From: a virus
Taxonomy: Duplodnaviria; Caudoviricetes
Reading direction: 5' to 3' (one strand)
Virus record (IMG/VR): IMGVR_UViG_3300020045_007774
Span: 1-46,617 of that record
DNA: 46,617 bases
The first letter of the stretch is position 1; each line of letters opens with the position of its first letter. Positions 8,508 through 16,843 of this stretch are shown here, one piece after another. Made by a program: the position numbers and the translations under genes. The notes under the pieces are model-generated. The model was not told the origin of the DNA. It ran no database searches and worked only from the letters and a program-made list of their open reading frames with translations.

Positions 8508-8810
8508 AGAACTTACTTTTTCAGCAACATAAAATGACCTTGAGTGCTGAATCAATTTTGCCGTGTCCGTTTCGCCAGTCCCTTTTGCCCTGATCCAATA
8601 TTTTTTCTTTTCCTTTTCTTCAATATCGCTTAACCTGATTAATTCTCCCCTCTTTACCAACTCCATATAAAGTTCGTCTAAATAAGTTATCATTGATCCG
8701 TTTATGTATTTACCGTCTTTTATATGCTGAATTAAAGGAGCTGTTATCTGGCAAAGAATGTCAAATGTTTTATCGGTATTGAATATTCTGATATTTTGAG
8801 TAAGGCTCAT
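8505..8810 (-). CDS. Hypothetical protein
   Basis: 101-aa ORF in the replication operon. Confidence 0.65.
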   Translation of the reverse strand: MSLTQNIRIFNTDKTFDILCQITAPLIQHIKDGKYINGSMITYLDELYMELVKRGELIRLSDIEEKEKKKYWIRAKGTGETDTAKLIQHSRSFYVAEKVSS

Positions 8811-8814
8811 AAAA

Positions 8815-9405
8815 TTAATTTATAAAGTAAACCGTTGTATATCCCTTTGATCTGAACTCAGAAAAAGTTTTTTTAATAACAGCCTGCTTCGCCTTTGTAA
8901 TTTCAATTTGCACATTTTTCCAAATATTACCCTTGAAGAAATTATCATCTTCTTTACATAGCTTTTCAACTTCAGCCGGTGAAATACCATTGTAAAATTT
9001 CAAATAAGAATCCCTTTCTATTTTTCCGACTAACATCATATTGTCATAAACAGCCGGGTGAAAATCAGACTCAGTAATGCCGTTTAAAAAAGCCGTGTAA
9101 CATTTATTTGCTTCTTTATCCCAATCCCAAATTTCATTTTTATCCATCGATATTGGTGCAAGTCCTGTATGTAAGTAATTCTTAGGGCTATTACGGCTCT
9201 TTAAATATTGGTCAACCCAAGATACTAAAGTTTGCACATCTGCTGAATATAGCTTGCCATATTGGCCAGAGATGCCATTTTCAAAGATGTTAAATAATTC
9301 GTTTGAAGTTACTTTGTTTTTAACTTGCTTTAAAGTTAAGTTTTCGGTTTCAGCCGTTACCGGTTTATGTTTTCGCAAAAGTTCAAATGCTGCATTTTGT
9401 ATCAT
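8815..9405 (-). CDS. Hypothetical protein, possibly a helicase-loader-like replication accessory
   Basis: ATGA-coupled to the initiator gene; FENGISGQYGKLY...LVSWV pattern; function from position only. Confidence 0.5.
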   Translation of the reverse strand: MIQNAAFELLRKHKPVTAETENLTLKQVKNKVTSNELFNIFENGISGQYGKLYSADVQTLVSWVDQYLKSRNSPKNYLHTGLAPISMDKNEIWDWDKEANKCYTAFLNGITESDFHPAVYDNMMLVGKIERDSYLKFYNGISPAEVEKLCKEDDNFFKGNIWKNVQIEITKAKQAVIKKTFSEFRSKGYTTVYFIN

Positions 9406-10418
9406 AGTTGCATGGTTTTAGAAAGTTCCCTTAATTCGTCAACCGTGTATTCTTTTTTTAACATAGTAGGATATTTACCTTTTAGTTTTCCAAAATATTT
9501 TTTATATTCAGCCGGGTTAAATTCATATTCACCTTGTCTTTCAAGATAGCCGTTAAATAACAAAAGTTCTGAGTCATTTGTTTTATTTGCTTTTGTAAAT
9601 CTTTCATCAAAAAGAGCAATTCTTTTACAATCTTCAATCGGATATTTTTTTTCGATTTCCTTGTATTTATCTTGTTCTTTATCCTTGTCCTTATCCTTGT
9701 ATTGTTCCTTGTCTTTGTCTTTAGCCCCTTCTAAGGGCTTATAAGCCCCTTTTAATTTTTTATAAGCTATTAATAATTTTTTAATTTTTTCGGATGGATT
9801 TAAAAAAACGTGTTGCTTTGACAAAAAAAACTCAGGGTCTGAATCTGTTTTATAGCTATTACACCTAATACATGAACACACTAAATTATCCTCTGAGTTG
9901 TTGCCATTTTTATTAAGCGGTATAAAATGATCTATTACTAATTCGTGTACAGATTTTCTTTCTTGGCAATATTCACATACAAGGTCTGCTTTTAATAGAA
10001 TGTCCTCTTTTATTTTTCTACTAATCCTATTTCTAAAAGAAGATATTGTAGTACCATATTCAGTAATTTCAACATTTAGATACTGAAAAAGATTGTACCT
10101 CAATAGAATTTTTTCTATTGACTTATAAATATTGTTTGTTTTTGAGAGCTGGCTTCCGTATTGAAACTCTAAAAATCCGGGGATAAACCATTTTTCCCCG
10201 GCATCAATTATAACAATAGACTCTCCGAATAAATTAATAGCTTCATCTGAGTTGACATCTTCGCCAATTCGTATTTTGGCAACATCAAAGTCAACCTGCC
10301 AAAGGCCAGCAATGTCACAATCATCAATAATATAAAACCAGAGTAGTTTATATTTCGCAGGAAGATTTTTTATAAACGGCTTTTTCCATTTATCCGTATC
10401 TGTAAATCTCTTTGCCAT
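9402..10418 (-). CDS. Phage replication initiator-like protein with an internal HNH endonuclease domain
   Basis: N-terminal MAKRFTDTDKW...LLWFYIIDDCDIAGLW...WFIPGFLEFQYG; central CEYC...IDHFIPLNKNGNNSEDNLVCSCIRCNSYK; KDKDKEQ linker. Confidence 0.75.
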   Translation of the reverse strand: MAKRFTDTDKWKKPFIKNLPAKYKLLWFYIIDDCDIAGLWQVDFDVAKIRIGEDVNSDEAINLFGESIVIIDAGEKWFIPGFLEFQYGSQLSKTNNIYKSIEKILLRYNLFQYLNVEITEYGTTISSFRNRISRKIKEDILLKADLVCEYCQERKSVHELVIDHFIPLNKNGNNSEDNLVCSCIRCNSYKTDSDPEFFLSKQHVFLNPSEKIKKLLIAYKKLKGAYKPLEGAKDKDKEQYKDKDKDKEQDKYKEIEKKYPIEDCKRIALFDERFTKANKTNDSELLLFNGYLERQGEYEFNPAEYKKYFGKLKGKYPTMLKKEYTVDELRELSKTMQL

Positions 10419-10423
10419 ATAAT

Positions 10424-10543
10424 AAAAAAAAGACGGTCACAGGGTGCGAAGGTATTTAGAATTACCTTGAGAGTTTCCCCCCACCTGTGACCGTCTTTTA
10501 ATAAGTTTAATCATTTTCTAAATTTTATCGCATTGCAAATATA
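10424..10543 (-). promoter_or_regulatory. -7 promoter (TATATTTG, 10536-10543) plus attenuator-like leader of the replication operon
   Basis: 16-bp perfect stem 10428-10443/10484-10499 ending in a U8 run; loop patches complementary to the leader. Confidence 0.7.
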
Positions 10544-10554
10544 AAGTATTTGTG

Positions 10555-11535
10555 TCAAAATAAGACTGTCTGATTTATTTTTTTAAATCTATTTTCGGCA
10601 AATTTTAAATTTTCAATACCTTGCCTATAATAGCTTTCTTTAAGCTCTATCCCGATTGCTTTTCGACCCATTGATACAGGGCTGTAAACCTCACTACCAA
10701 CGCCCCCAAAAGGAGTTAATACAGTTTCTCCAGGATTTGTATAAAGCTCAACTATTCTATCAATAACATCTAATTGTAAAGGATGTACATGCTTTTCATC
10801 ATCTTCCTCTTTTGTGTCTTTAAAAGGCAATACATTATCAATTCTAATATCATCCCAAACACTTGAAGCATATCGCTGCCAAACTAAATGACTTAATTTA
10901 TTTTCTTTTGGATCCCCCTTAAAATTAGCCCACTTCTTTTTAAAGTCTTCATAGTTCCCATATGTTTCAATATGTGCTGGTAAAAATGGTGTTTCTCCGA
11001 AATATTCTGTAAGCCCAAAAGGATGAGTAACTGGGATTTCACTATCTCCACTTTTTGTAAATATCAAAACATAATCAGGCATTGCAGTAAAACAACGGGT
11101 AGTATCTTCAACTATAAACTTGTGCATCAGGCTTTGTACCATTGTTCTCATCCTTACCTTTAATGGCTCTTTCCAAACTGTAATTCTGTTTCTATAATGG
11201 AGCCCGTATTTTTCGTGTATTCTTATTATTTCATGTGGAAAATCCCATAAGAAGGACCTGTTATCAAATATATCAGTGCAATGAACTGCATTAATCCGTC
11301 CGGGTTTTGTTACCCTTGCCATTTCGGCAATCAAAAATTCATACTGTTTTAAAAACTGTTCTTTGCTTTCACAATTACTAAAATCATTTTCATGACTCGA
11401 ATAATTATATAACCCGGCAAATGGCGGAGAATAAACGGATAGATCAATACTATCACTTGGTAATGTTGGTAATACATACATACAATCGCTATTATACCAT
11501 GCATAATTTTCGGTAATAACTTGTTCTTTAATCAT
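10555..11535 (-). CDS. DNA N4-cytosine/N6-adenine methyltransferase (beta class)
   Basis: Catalytic SPPF before SAM-binding PFGGVGS; HVHPLQL, YTNPGETVL, GIELKESY. Confidence 0.92.
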   Translation of the reverse strand: MIKEQVITENYAWYNSDCMYVLPTLPSDSIDLSVYSPPFAGLYNYSSHENDFSNCESKEQFLKQYEFLIAEMARVTKPGRINAVHCTDIFDNRSFLWDFPHEIIRIHEKYGLHYRNRITVWKEPLKVRMRTMVQSLMHKFIVEDTTRCFTAMPDYVLIFTKSGDSEIPVTHPFGLTEYFGETPFLPAHIETYGNYEDFKKKWANFKGDPKENKLSHLVWQRYASSVWDDIRIDNVLPFKDTKEEDDEKHVHPLQLDVIDRIVELYTNPGETVLTPFGGVGSEVYSPVSMGRKAIGIELKESYYRQGIENLKFAENRFKKINQTVLF

Positions 11536-11540
11536 AATTA

Positions 11541-11771
11541 TTAGTTTAAGTTTTTTAAAAATCTAATTGCCATGGCAGCAGTTTGAATAGCCTCCCTTCT
11601 TAATTGTTCTATCTGATTTTTATGATAGTAATGATTAAGCGCAGCCCTAATCAGCTCACCACTTTCTTCATTTACTATCGCAGCCTGATGTATAATATCA
11701 TTTGGCCATTGTGGATACTTTATTTCTGCACTTTTTAGTTCTTTTAATATTTCATTTATTAATTTATCCAT
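11541..11771 (-). CDS. MazG-like all-alpha nucleotide pyrophosphatase-fold protein
   Basis: EESGEL...EAIQTAAMAIRF. Confidence 0.55.
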   Translation of the reverse strand: MDKLINEILKELKSAEIKYPQWPNDIIHQAAIVNEESGELIRAALNHYYHKNQIEQLRREAIQTAAMAIRFLKNLN

Positions 11772-13144
11772 AAAGGTAATTTTATCTCTTTGTCAAAATC
11801 TTTTCTATTAATTTTAAAATCACTATTCGTTTGCTTAGTAAGATTTTCAAACATCGATATAGCTTTTTCTTTTTTTACAATAAGACTATCCATTATCTTA
11901 GTTTGACCGTCTGATAAAATCAGATCAACTAACACGTCTTTTTTTTGACCAAATCTCCAGAATCTTCTGATTGCCTGGTAATATTGTTCATAAGAATAAG
12001 TTGGAAAATATGTTGTATGGTTGCAATGTTGCCAATTTAAACCAAAGGCCGTTATTGAGGTTTTCGTTATTAGTTTTTTAATTTCTCCATTTGAAAAGGC
12101 TAATAATATTTCCTCCTTTTCATCAATATTCATTTTCCCTTTTACTTCTTTTGTATCCTTATCTAATTGAGAAATTAAATCAGCCTCATCGTTTAGGTTA
12201 ACCCAATAAACACTTATATCATGATTATTTGCCTTACTTACCGCCATTTCGCAGCGTTCATGTATGGTTGATCTTACTTCTGCTTTTATTTCAAAAAAAC
12301 TTTGAGCTGGCAATGTAAATAAAGAACATTGACCGTTTATTGCTAACGGATTTTTATTCCTAATTATAGTTTCAACCTCAATTAACTCGGGTAATATATG
12401 GAGTGAGTCACTAAATCCCAAATCAGACGGCTTACGCATAGAAATTGACCATGAGGCAATCCACCTCCAAAAGTATTTTTCTGCATGTGCTTTCAAATAC
12501 CAATCCATACCTTCCCTTGCTTGTGCAACACGGCCAATCTTAACAGCATTGTTATTATTGTTCTTAAAAAAATTTGTCAGCATATCGGTATATCCCAAAT
12601 ATCCTAATGCTTCGCTACTTGTACCAAGTTCAATAAAATCATTTGGCGAAGGGGTTGCAGTAAAAAGAAAACGATACTTTACTTTTCTCAAAAAGTTTGT
12701 AACCTGTTGTTTTATTGCTCCATCAAAGTTTTTCAATATACTGCTTTCATCCAGTAAAACGCAATCAAAATCTATTGAGTTAAAGTGTTCTAACCTTTCG
12801 TAATTACAAACAACAATTTTTGTTTTATACTTACCATCCTTTGAGTAAGAAATATCATCAATACCAAACTTTTCAGCCTCTTTTATAAATTGAAATGCAA
12901 CTGCCAGGGGAGTAATTATCAATACAGGTTTGTTTGTTTCCTGTATGTAATTTTTTGCAATCACTAATTCAATGATTGTTTTACCTAAACCAGTATCTAA
13001 AAAAACTGCACAACGTCCTTTCCTTATTGCATATTCGGTAACATATTTTTGAAAGTCAAACATCTTATCGGGAATAAAAATAGGATCAATGCCGTAGTTA
13101 ATTTGACTATGTTTTTTTGATTCTAAAAATTCCGTATAGTTCAT
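11759..13144 (-). CDS. SF2 (SNF2-like) helicase
   Basis: DTGLGKT, LDESSILK, TATPSPND, FGLNWQHC, YQAIRRFWRFGQ. Confidence 0.92.
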   Translation of the reverse strand: MNYTEFLESKKHSQINYGIDPIFIPDKMFDFQKYVTEYAIRKGRCAVFLDTGLGKTIIELVIAKNYIQETNKPVLIITPLAVAFQFIKEAEKFGIDDISYSKDGKYKTKIVVCNYERLEHFNSIDFDCVLLDESSILKNFDGAIKQQVTNFLRKVKYRFLFTATPSPNDFIELGTSSEALGYLGYTDMLTNFFKNNNNNAVKIGRVAQAREGMDWYLKAHAEKYFWRWIASWSISMRKPSDLGFSDSLHILPELIEVETIIRNKNPLAINGQCSLFTLPAQSFFEIKAEVRSTIHERCEMAVSKANNHDISVYWVNLNDEADLISQLDKDTKEVKGKMNIDEKEEILLAFSNGEIKKLITKTSITAFGLNWQHCNHTTYFPTYSYEQYYQAIRRFWRFGQKKDVLVDLILSDGQTKIMDSLIVKKEKAISMFENLTKQTNSDFKINRKDFDKEIKLPLWIN

Positions 13145-13146
13145 GA

Positions 13147-13434
13147 TTATAGTTTTTTCCAGGTGTGATTAGGTTTGCCATAAATACCTTCTTTCATTTC
13201 TTCGCACTTTTCCAAAAGCCCCTTTTCAGTTAGAACCGTCATTGCCCTTCTTATCGAAGTTACTGGGCAGGGCGGGTAAAGTAAGCAATAATGCCTCCAA
13301 ACATCAATAGGAGTCAAATTTCGGCCTATCTGCATAAAGTCTAATATTCTACCCTCTTGTAAAGAACAGCTAATTTTGGCCTGCTTAAGAGGCTCTCCGG
13401 ATAGATGAATAGTGTTGAAGAAACTTAGTTGCAT
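13147..13434 (-). CDS. Winged-helix DNA-binding protein
   Basis: LTPIDV...VTSIRRAMTVLTEKGLLEK...W; start moved to MQLSFF. Confidence 0.65.
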   Translation of the reverse strand: MQLSFFNTIHLSGEPLKQAKISCSLQEGRILDFMQIGRNLTPIDVWRHYCLLYPPCPVTSIRRAMTVLTEKGLLEKCEEMKEGIYGKPNHTWKKL

Positions 13435-13436
13435 AA

Positions 13437-13736
13437 TCAAAATTTTATTGACCAGTAAAGTTTCCAGGGTTCCGTACAAATAAAAGAAGTGTCGAATCTT
13501 TGATCTAAATAAAACTGCAATTCCGGCTGTCTGATTATTCCAAAATCCTTAACAACTTCTGTCCTTAAATATTTCCACTCAGTAGTATTATTGTAGATAT
13601 GTCGCATCTGTATTACCCTTGCCTGATTTGGTTCAATCTCTTTTGAGCAACCGAAAAGAACGTGACCGATAACCAAGTAAAGAACAACCAAGATAATTAA
13701 AGGTAGTAAGCCTAATTGATATTTTTTCTTTTTCAT
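13437..13736 (-). CDS. Putative lipoprotein
   Basis: MKKKK + hydrophobic core + LFGC lipobox; start moved to 13736. Confidence 0.6.
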   Translation of the reverse strand: MKKKKYQLGLLPLIILVVLYLVIGHVLFGCSKEIEPNQARVIQMRHIYNNTTEWKYLRTEVVKDFGIIRQPELQFYLDQRFDTSFICTEPWKLYWSIKF

Positions 13737-13763
13737 AAATAAATATTTTAGCGGCAATAGGCT

Positions 13764-14024
13764 TTACTCAACTTCTACCCATTTTATCCCACGCTTCCGA
13801 ATGTTTCCACCAGTACCAGCACACTTGTGTGGTGACTTTCTTATAAATTTATCCCGACCACATAACAAGCATTTGTAACGCTTCTGAACAGAACTACTGC
13901 CGCTAACATTGGTTTGCTGTAATACAGGCTTAACCGACCAGTCATATTTTTCGGAGTTCAAAAACTCTACTAAGCTGTTGTAATTCTTATCAACTGCGCT
14001 AATGTTTTTAATTAAAATGTCCAT
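13764..14024 (-). CDS. Chimeric hypothetical protein with a C-terminal Zn-ribbon
   Basis: CLLC...HKC; the linker PVLQQTNVSGS is encoded by one arm of the attC-like element. Confidence 0.65.
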   Translation of the reverse strand: MDILIKNISAVDKNYNSLVEFLNSEKYDWSVKPVLQQTNVSGSSSVQKRYKCLLCGRDKFIRKSPHKCAGTGGNIRKRGIKWVEVE

Positions 14025-14084
14025 AAGTCTATTTTGCTTTTAGTTAATAAATCCCTGTACTACACAGCAAGCCCTGACGTTAGC
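13902..14084 (-). repeat. attC-like imperfect inverted repeat (183 bp)
   Basis: Minus-strand GCTAAC-gtcagggc-TTGCTGT-gt-AGTACAGG (14084-14054) pairs with CCTGTATT-ACAGCAA-accaat-GTTAGC (13928-13902). Confidence 0.6.
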
Positions 14085-14313
14085 TGATTGATACTATTTT
14101 TTTGTGATCCTTAATATTTGAATCTAAAATATCAAACCCTGAATCTAACCAAGCTGTAAAAGCTGCCAAACACGGCCTGATATTTATGGGCTTAAGTCCG
14201 TAACTTGTTTCACACCCAAACTCAATTTCAAGTAATGTTTTTTCTGAAACATAGTAACAACCAGTTCTTCTGATTATCTTCTCAATAGCGTAGCGATTAT
14301 TAAACTCTTGCAT
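14080..14313 (-). CDS. Hypothetical protein
   Basis: 77-aa ORF; its TAA stop lies inside the GCTAAC box. Confidence 0.6.
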   Translation of the reverse strand: MQEFNNRYAIEKIIRRTGCYYVSEKTLLEIEFGCETSYGLKPINIRPCLAAFTAWLDSGFDILDSNIKDHKKIVSIS

Positions 14314-14322
14314 AAATTTAGT

Positions 14323-14592
14323 TTAAATGGTTGATGTTCTTTTTGGCATGTCCGTAAATATTTCCCAAAAGATTTTTTTGTAATCTTCAAAATAAAACAT
14401 ACCAGGAATTTTAACGGGTTTCTTTTTCCGTAATTGTGCAGCTTTAATTTTTCTCAGTCGGTAACTGTCTAAATTATTATTTCGCATGAAAACAATTACG
14501 GACTGGTAACCGATATTTAGATTTTTCGCCATTTCTTTAGGTGACATTCGGTTGTAATTTGCCTCAATGTAAAGTTTTTGGTTTGGTGTCAT
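14323..14592 (-). CDS. HTH DNA-binding protein
   Basis: YIEANY.RMSPKEMAKNLNIGYQSV. Confidence 0.6.
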   Translation of the reverse strand: MTPNQKLYIEANYNRMSPKEMAKNLNIGYQSVIVFMRNNNLDSYRLRKIKAAQLRKKKPVKIPGMFYFEDYKKIFWEIFTDMPKRTSTI

Positions 14593-14963
14593 AGCTTATA
14601 TTTTTCGATTAAAGTTTCAAGTTCATCACGGCTCCATTTATAACCTGATCTCTTATTATCAATTAGCCACTGCACTTTTTCGTGTCCGATCTTTTTAATT
14701 AAATTCATTGTGTAACTAACCTTCGCATCGTCATAACAATTACAACCAGCGCACTCACCATTTACGTTAAACTCATTAAACCTAAGAAAAGAGCTTTTAT
14801 TAACAGGGATTAAATGACCGGCCTGAAGCTCGTCAACTCTTTTAACGTGACCGCAGTTTATACAGTGAAAATAATCTTCCTTTCGGTCACGGTTTCTTAT
14901 CCATGTATTAAAAACCCTTTCGGCTTCTTTAAGTAATTTAGGGAGTGTCTTTTTCTTTTTCAA
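14589..14963 (-). CDS. ninG: NinG/Rap-family recombination endonuclease
   Basis: VFNTWIRNRD, CINCG, QAGH, LRFNEFNVNGECAGCN. Confidence 0.85.
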   Translation of the reverse strand: MKKKKTLPKLLKEAERVFNTWIRNRDRKEDYFHCINCGHVKRVDELQAGHLIPVNKSSFLRFNEFNVNGECAGCNCYDDAKVSYTMNLIKKIGHEKVQWLIDNKRSGYKWSRDELETLIEKYKL

Positions 14964-15313
14964 TCTAATTTACTTTTAAAATGACTAATCAATGTTTCCA
15001 TCTTTGAATTATAGTGATCAACTGAATTTTTAAACCCCTCATTATCTTTTTCCCATAATCTATAAAGCACTCCCCTTAATCTTTGGGCCGGTGTTTTTCC
15101 TGAATCTTCATAATCTGATTTAAGGCTTTCTAAAACTTCTTTTTCTTTCTGCTTAAAGGGTTCGTCTTTAAATGCCAAATAACCAAATTTTTGAATATTA
15201 AGAGCAATGCCGGTTAATTGTTCCGGTGTAGGCTCGTTAGTTTCAAATACGATCTTTATTGTTTTATCTTTTAAAGACCGATAACTTTCAAGTATTGCGG
15301 GAATGATTATCAT
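14960..15313 (-). CDS. Hypothetical phage protein
   Basis: KDKTIKIVFETNE...KTPAQRLRGVLY; coupled to ninG. Confidence 0.7.
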   Translation of the reverse strand: MIIIPAILESYRSLKDKTIKIVFETNEPTPEQLTGIALNIQKFGYLAFKDEPFKQKEKEVLESLKSDYEDSGKTPAQRLRGVLYRLWEKDNEGFKNSVDHYNSKMETLISHFKSKLD

Positions 15314-15450
15314 TATTTATAAATTTCTGATTCATCGAATGAATTATCTACATCAACTCTTTTTTTCTTATAATCGTTTTCAACTATCTTTTTAAATAGG
15401 AAAACGGTAATTACCAGGGTAACGATTATTAAGATGATTAGCTTTGTCAT
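15313..15450 (-). CDS. Small single-pass membrane protein (45 aa)
   Basis: MTKLIILIIVTLVITVFLFKK...; ATGA and TAATG overlaps with both neighbours. Confidence 0.6.
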   Translation of the reverse strand: MTKLIILIIVTLVITVFLFKKIVENDYKKKRVDVDNSFDESEIYK

Positions 15451-16154
15451 GGCTTAACTGTTTTTCTTATATAGTTGGTAATGTCCTTTTGCGAAGGGTT
15501 TACAATTTCATCAATGCATTGTTGTCTGACTTCTAACCGGTGTTGGATCTTCTGGTAAGTCTGAAAGTTAGTACAAAGATCAATGGCTGTCATGGCTGCT
15601 TCTTTTTCTTCTGAGTTTAAATCAGAAGTATAAAGTAACTGCCTTAAAAGCTGCCTTTCGCTTTCAGCCGGTACGTCGCTAAAGTCCGGTTCGGGTTGTT
15701 TGGCAAAATCCATTTCTTCCGCCGGGGTTGCCTCAAATCCTGCTGCTTTCATTAACCAGCTTAAAAGCATCCTATAAGCCTTTCCTTCGGCTCTTGTCTG
15801 TGCCATGCTTAGTATTGCATATTCATCAAATAGTCGCTTGCTGGCCTCCTTATTGCTGCACACAGCCACTCCACGAGAAAGTAAAGCATCTGTATCAATC
15901 CGGCGGACTTCAACCGTTGCCATGTACTTAGTTTCGCCCTCTTTTGACAAATCTTTGGTTTCTGTTAATAAAGGGTAAAGCCCAAGTTGCGAACCGGCGA
16001 ACTGCCAGGCTTCAACTAAAGGGTAGTTTTTTCCTTTAATGTTTGCGGTTAATTTCTTTTCAGTTACAAACCTTTGCAGGATTTCAGCCACTTGCATAGC
16101 TTGTTGAGGGGCGGCAAGTGAAAAAGATTTTTCGATTGTAGTTATATCGTTCAT
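15447..16154 (-). CDS. Putative ssDNA-annealing/recombination protein
   Basis: IKGKNY..VEAW...SMAQTRAEGKAYR...ATPAEEM resembles Rad52/Erf-like annealases; located near ninG. Confidence 0.55.
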   Translation of the reverse strand: MNDITTIEKSFSLAAPQQAMQVAEILQRFVTEKKLTANIKGKNYPLVEAWQFAGSQLGLYPLLTETKDLSKEGETKYMATVEVRRIDTDALLSRGVAVCSNKEASKRLFDEYAILSMAQTRAEGKAYRMLLSWLMKAAGFEATPAEEMDFAKQPEPDFSDVPAESERQLLRQLLYTSDLNSEEKEAAMTAIDLCTNFQTYQKIQHRLEVRQQCIDEIVNPSQKDITNYIRKTVKP

Positions 16155-16351
16155 GATGTAGGTATTTCGGTTGATAAAATTGTTTCGTAAGGAGGTTTTT
16201 GAGAATTGGCATTTGCGACTATCTTATCAAACTCTTTTGTCGCTGCATTTAAGTCTATTCCGAAAGAAGGTATTTGACAATTTCCATTAACCCATATTCC
16301 GTACCAGAAATTCCCGTTAGGCTCATTGACCTTTTTTAATTCGATTTTCAT
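16151..16351 (-). CDS. Hypothetical protein
   Basis: 66-aa ORF coupled to both neighbours. Confidence 0.65.
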   Translation of the reverse strand: MKIELKKVNEPNGNFWYGIWVNGNCQIPSFGIDLNAATKEFDKIVANANSQKPPYETILSTEIPTS

Positions 16352-16593
16352 TATTCGTAATTTAAAAGGCTGATTAAATACGATGTTTGCTTTTCATTCA
16401 GGAAAGGTAATATATCAATCCCGGTTCCCTTTATTACCACTTCAACGGACTTTAATTCTGTATAAACCAGTGGCTCGACAAATGAAGCGATGTTTGTAGG
16501 CTCTTCATAATATCCATCTGTACTTTCGTAATCGTAACCGATTAGTAATTCGATTCCTGATTCGTCTAAGATAGTTTCTGAGTTGTGTTTCAT
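16351..16593 (-). CDS. Acidic hypothetical protein, first gene of the early operon
   Basis: 80-aa ORF downstream of the leftward promoter. Confidence 0.65.
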   Translation of the reverse strand: MKHNSETILDESGIELLIGYDYESTDGYYEEPTNIASFVEPLVYTELKSVEVVIKGTGIDILPFLNEKQTSYLISLLNYE

Positions 16594-16629
16594 GATGTTT
16601 AGTTTTAAGTTTTAAATTGTTTGACAGAT

Positions 16630-16691
16630 CAAAGCTAACTACTTTTTTGAAATAAAAAAATATTTTTTTATTTATTTTCCCCTTATATTTG
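16630..16691. promoter_or_regulatory. Divergent Bacteroidota-type promoters
   Basis: Minus-strand TAGCTTTG at 16630-16637 and plus-strand TATATTTG at 16684-16691 flank an A/T-rich spacer. Confidence 0.75.
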
Positions 16692-16696
16692 TAATT

Positions 16697-16843
16697 ATGA
16701 AGAAAATGAACGCAAAAATACGAAGAGGCCCAAAGGAATTAGATAAGTCCGAAAAGAAGATACAGCTTTACTTTATGGTAAAGAAAAAACACGCTATTGC
16801 CTTTACAGAAGAAGTAAAAAAACTATTGGAGAAGTATGTTTAA
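16697..16843 (+). CDS. Small basic protein (48 aa), ribbon-helix-like candidate regulator
   Basis: MKKMNAKIRRGPKELDKSEKKIQLYFMVKKKHAIAFTEEVKKLLEKYV; own promoter 5 nt upstream; stop overlaps the lysozyme stop (TTAA). Confidence 0.7.
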   Translation: MKKMNAKIRRGPKELDKSEKKIQLYFMVKKKHAIAFTEEVKKLLEKYV

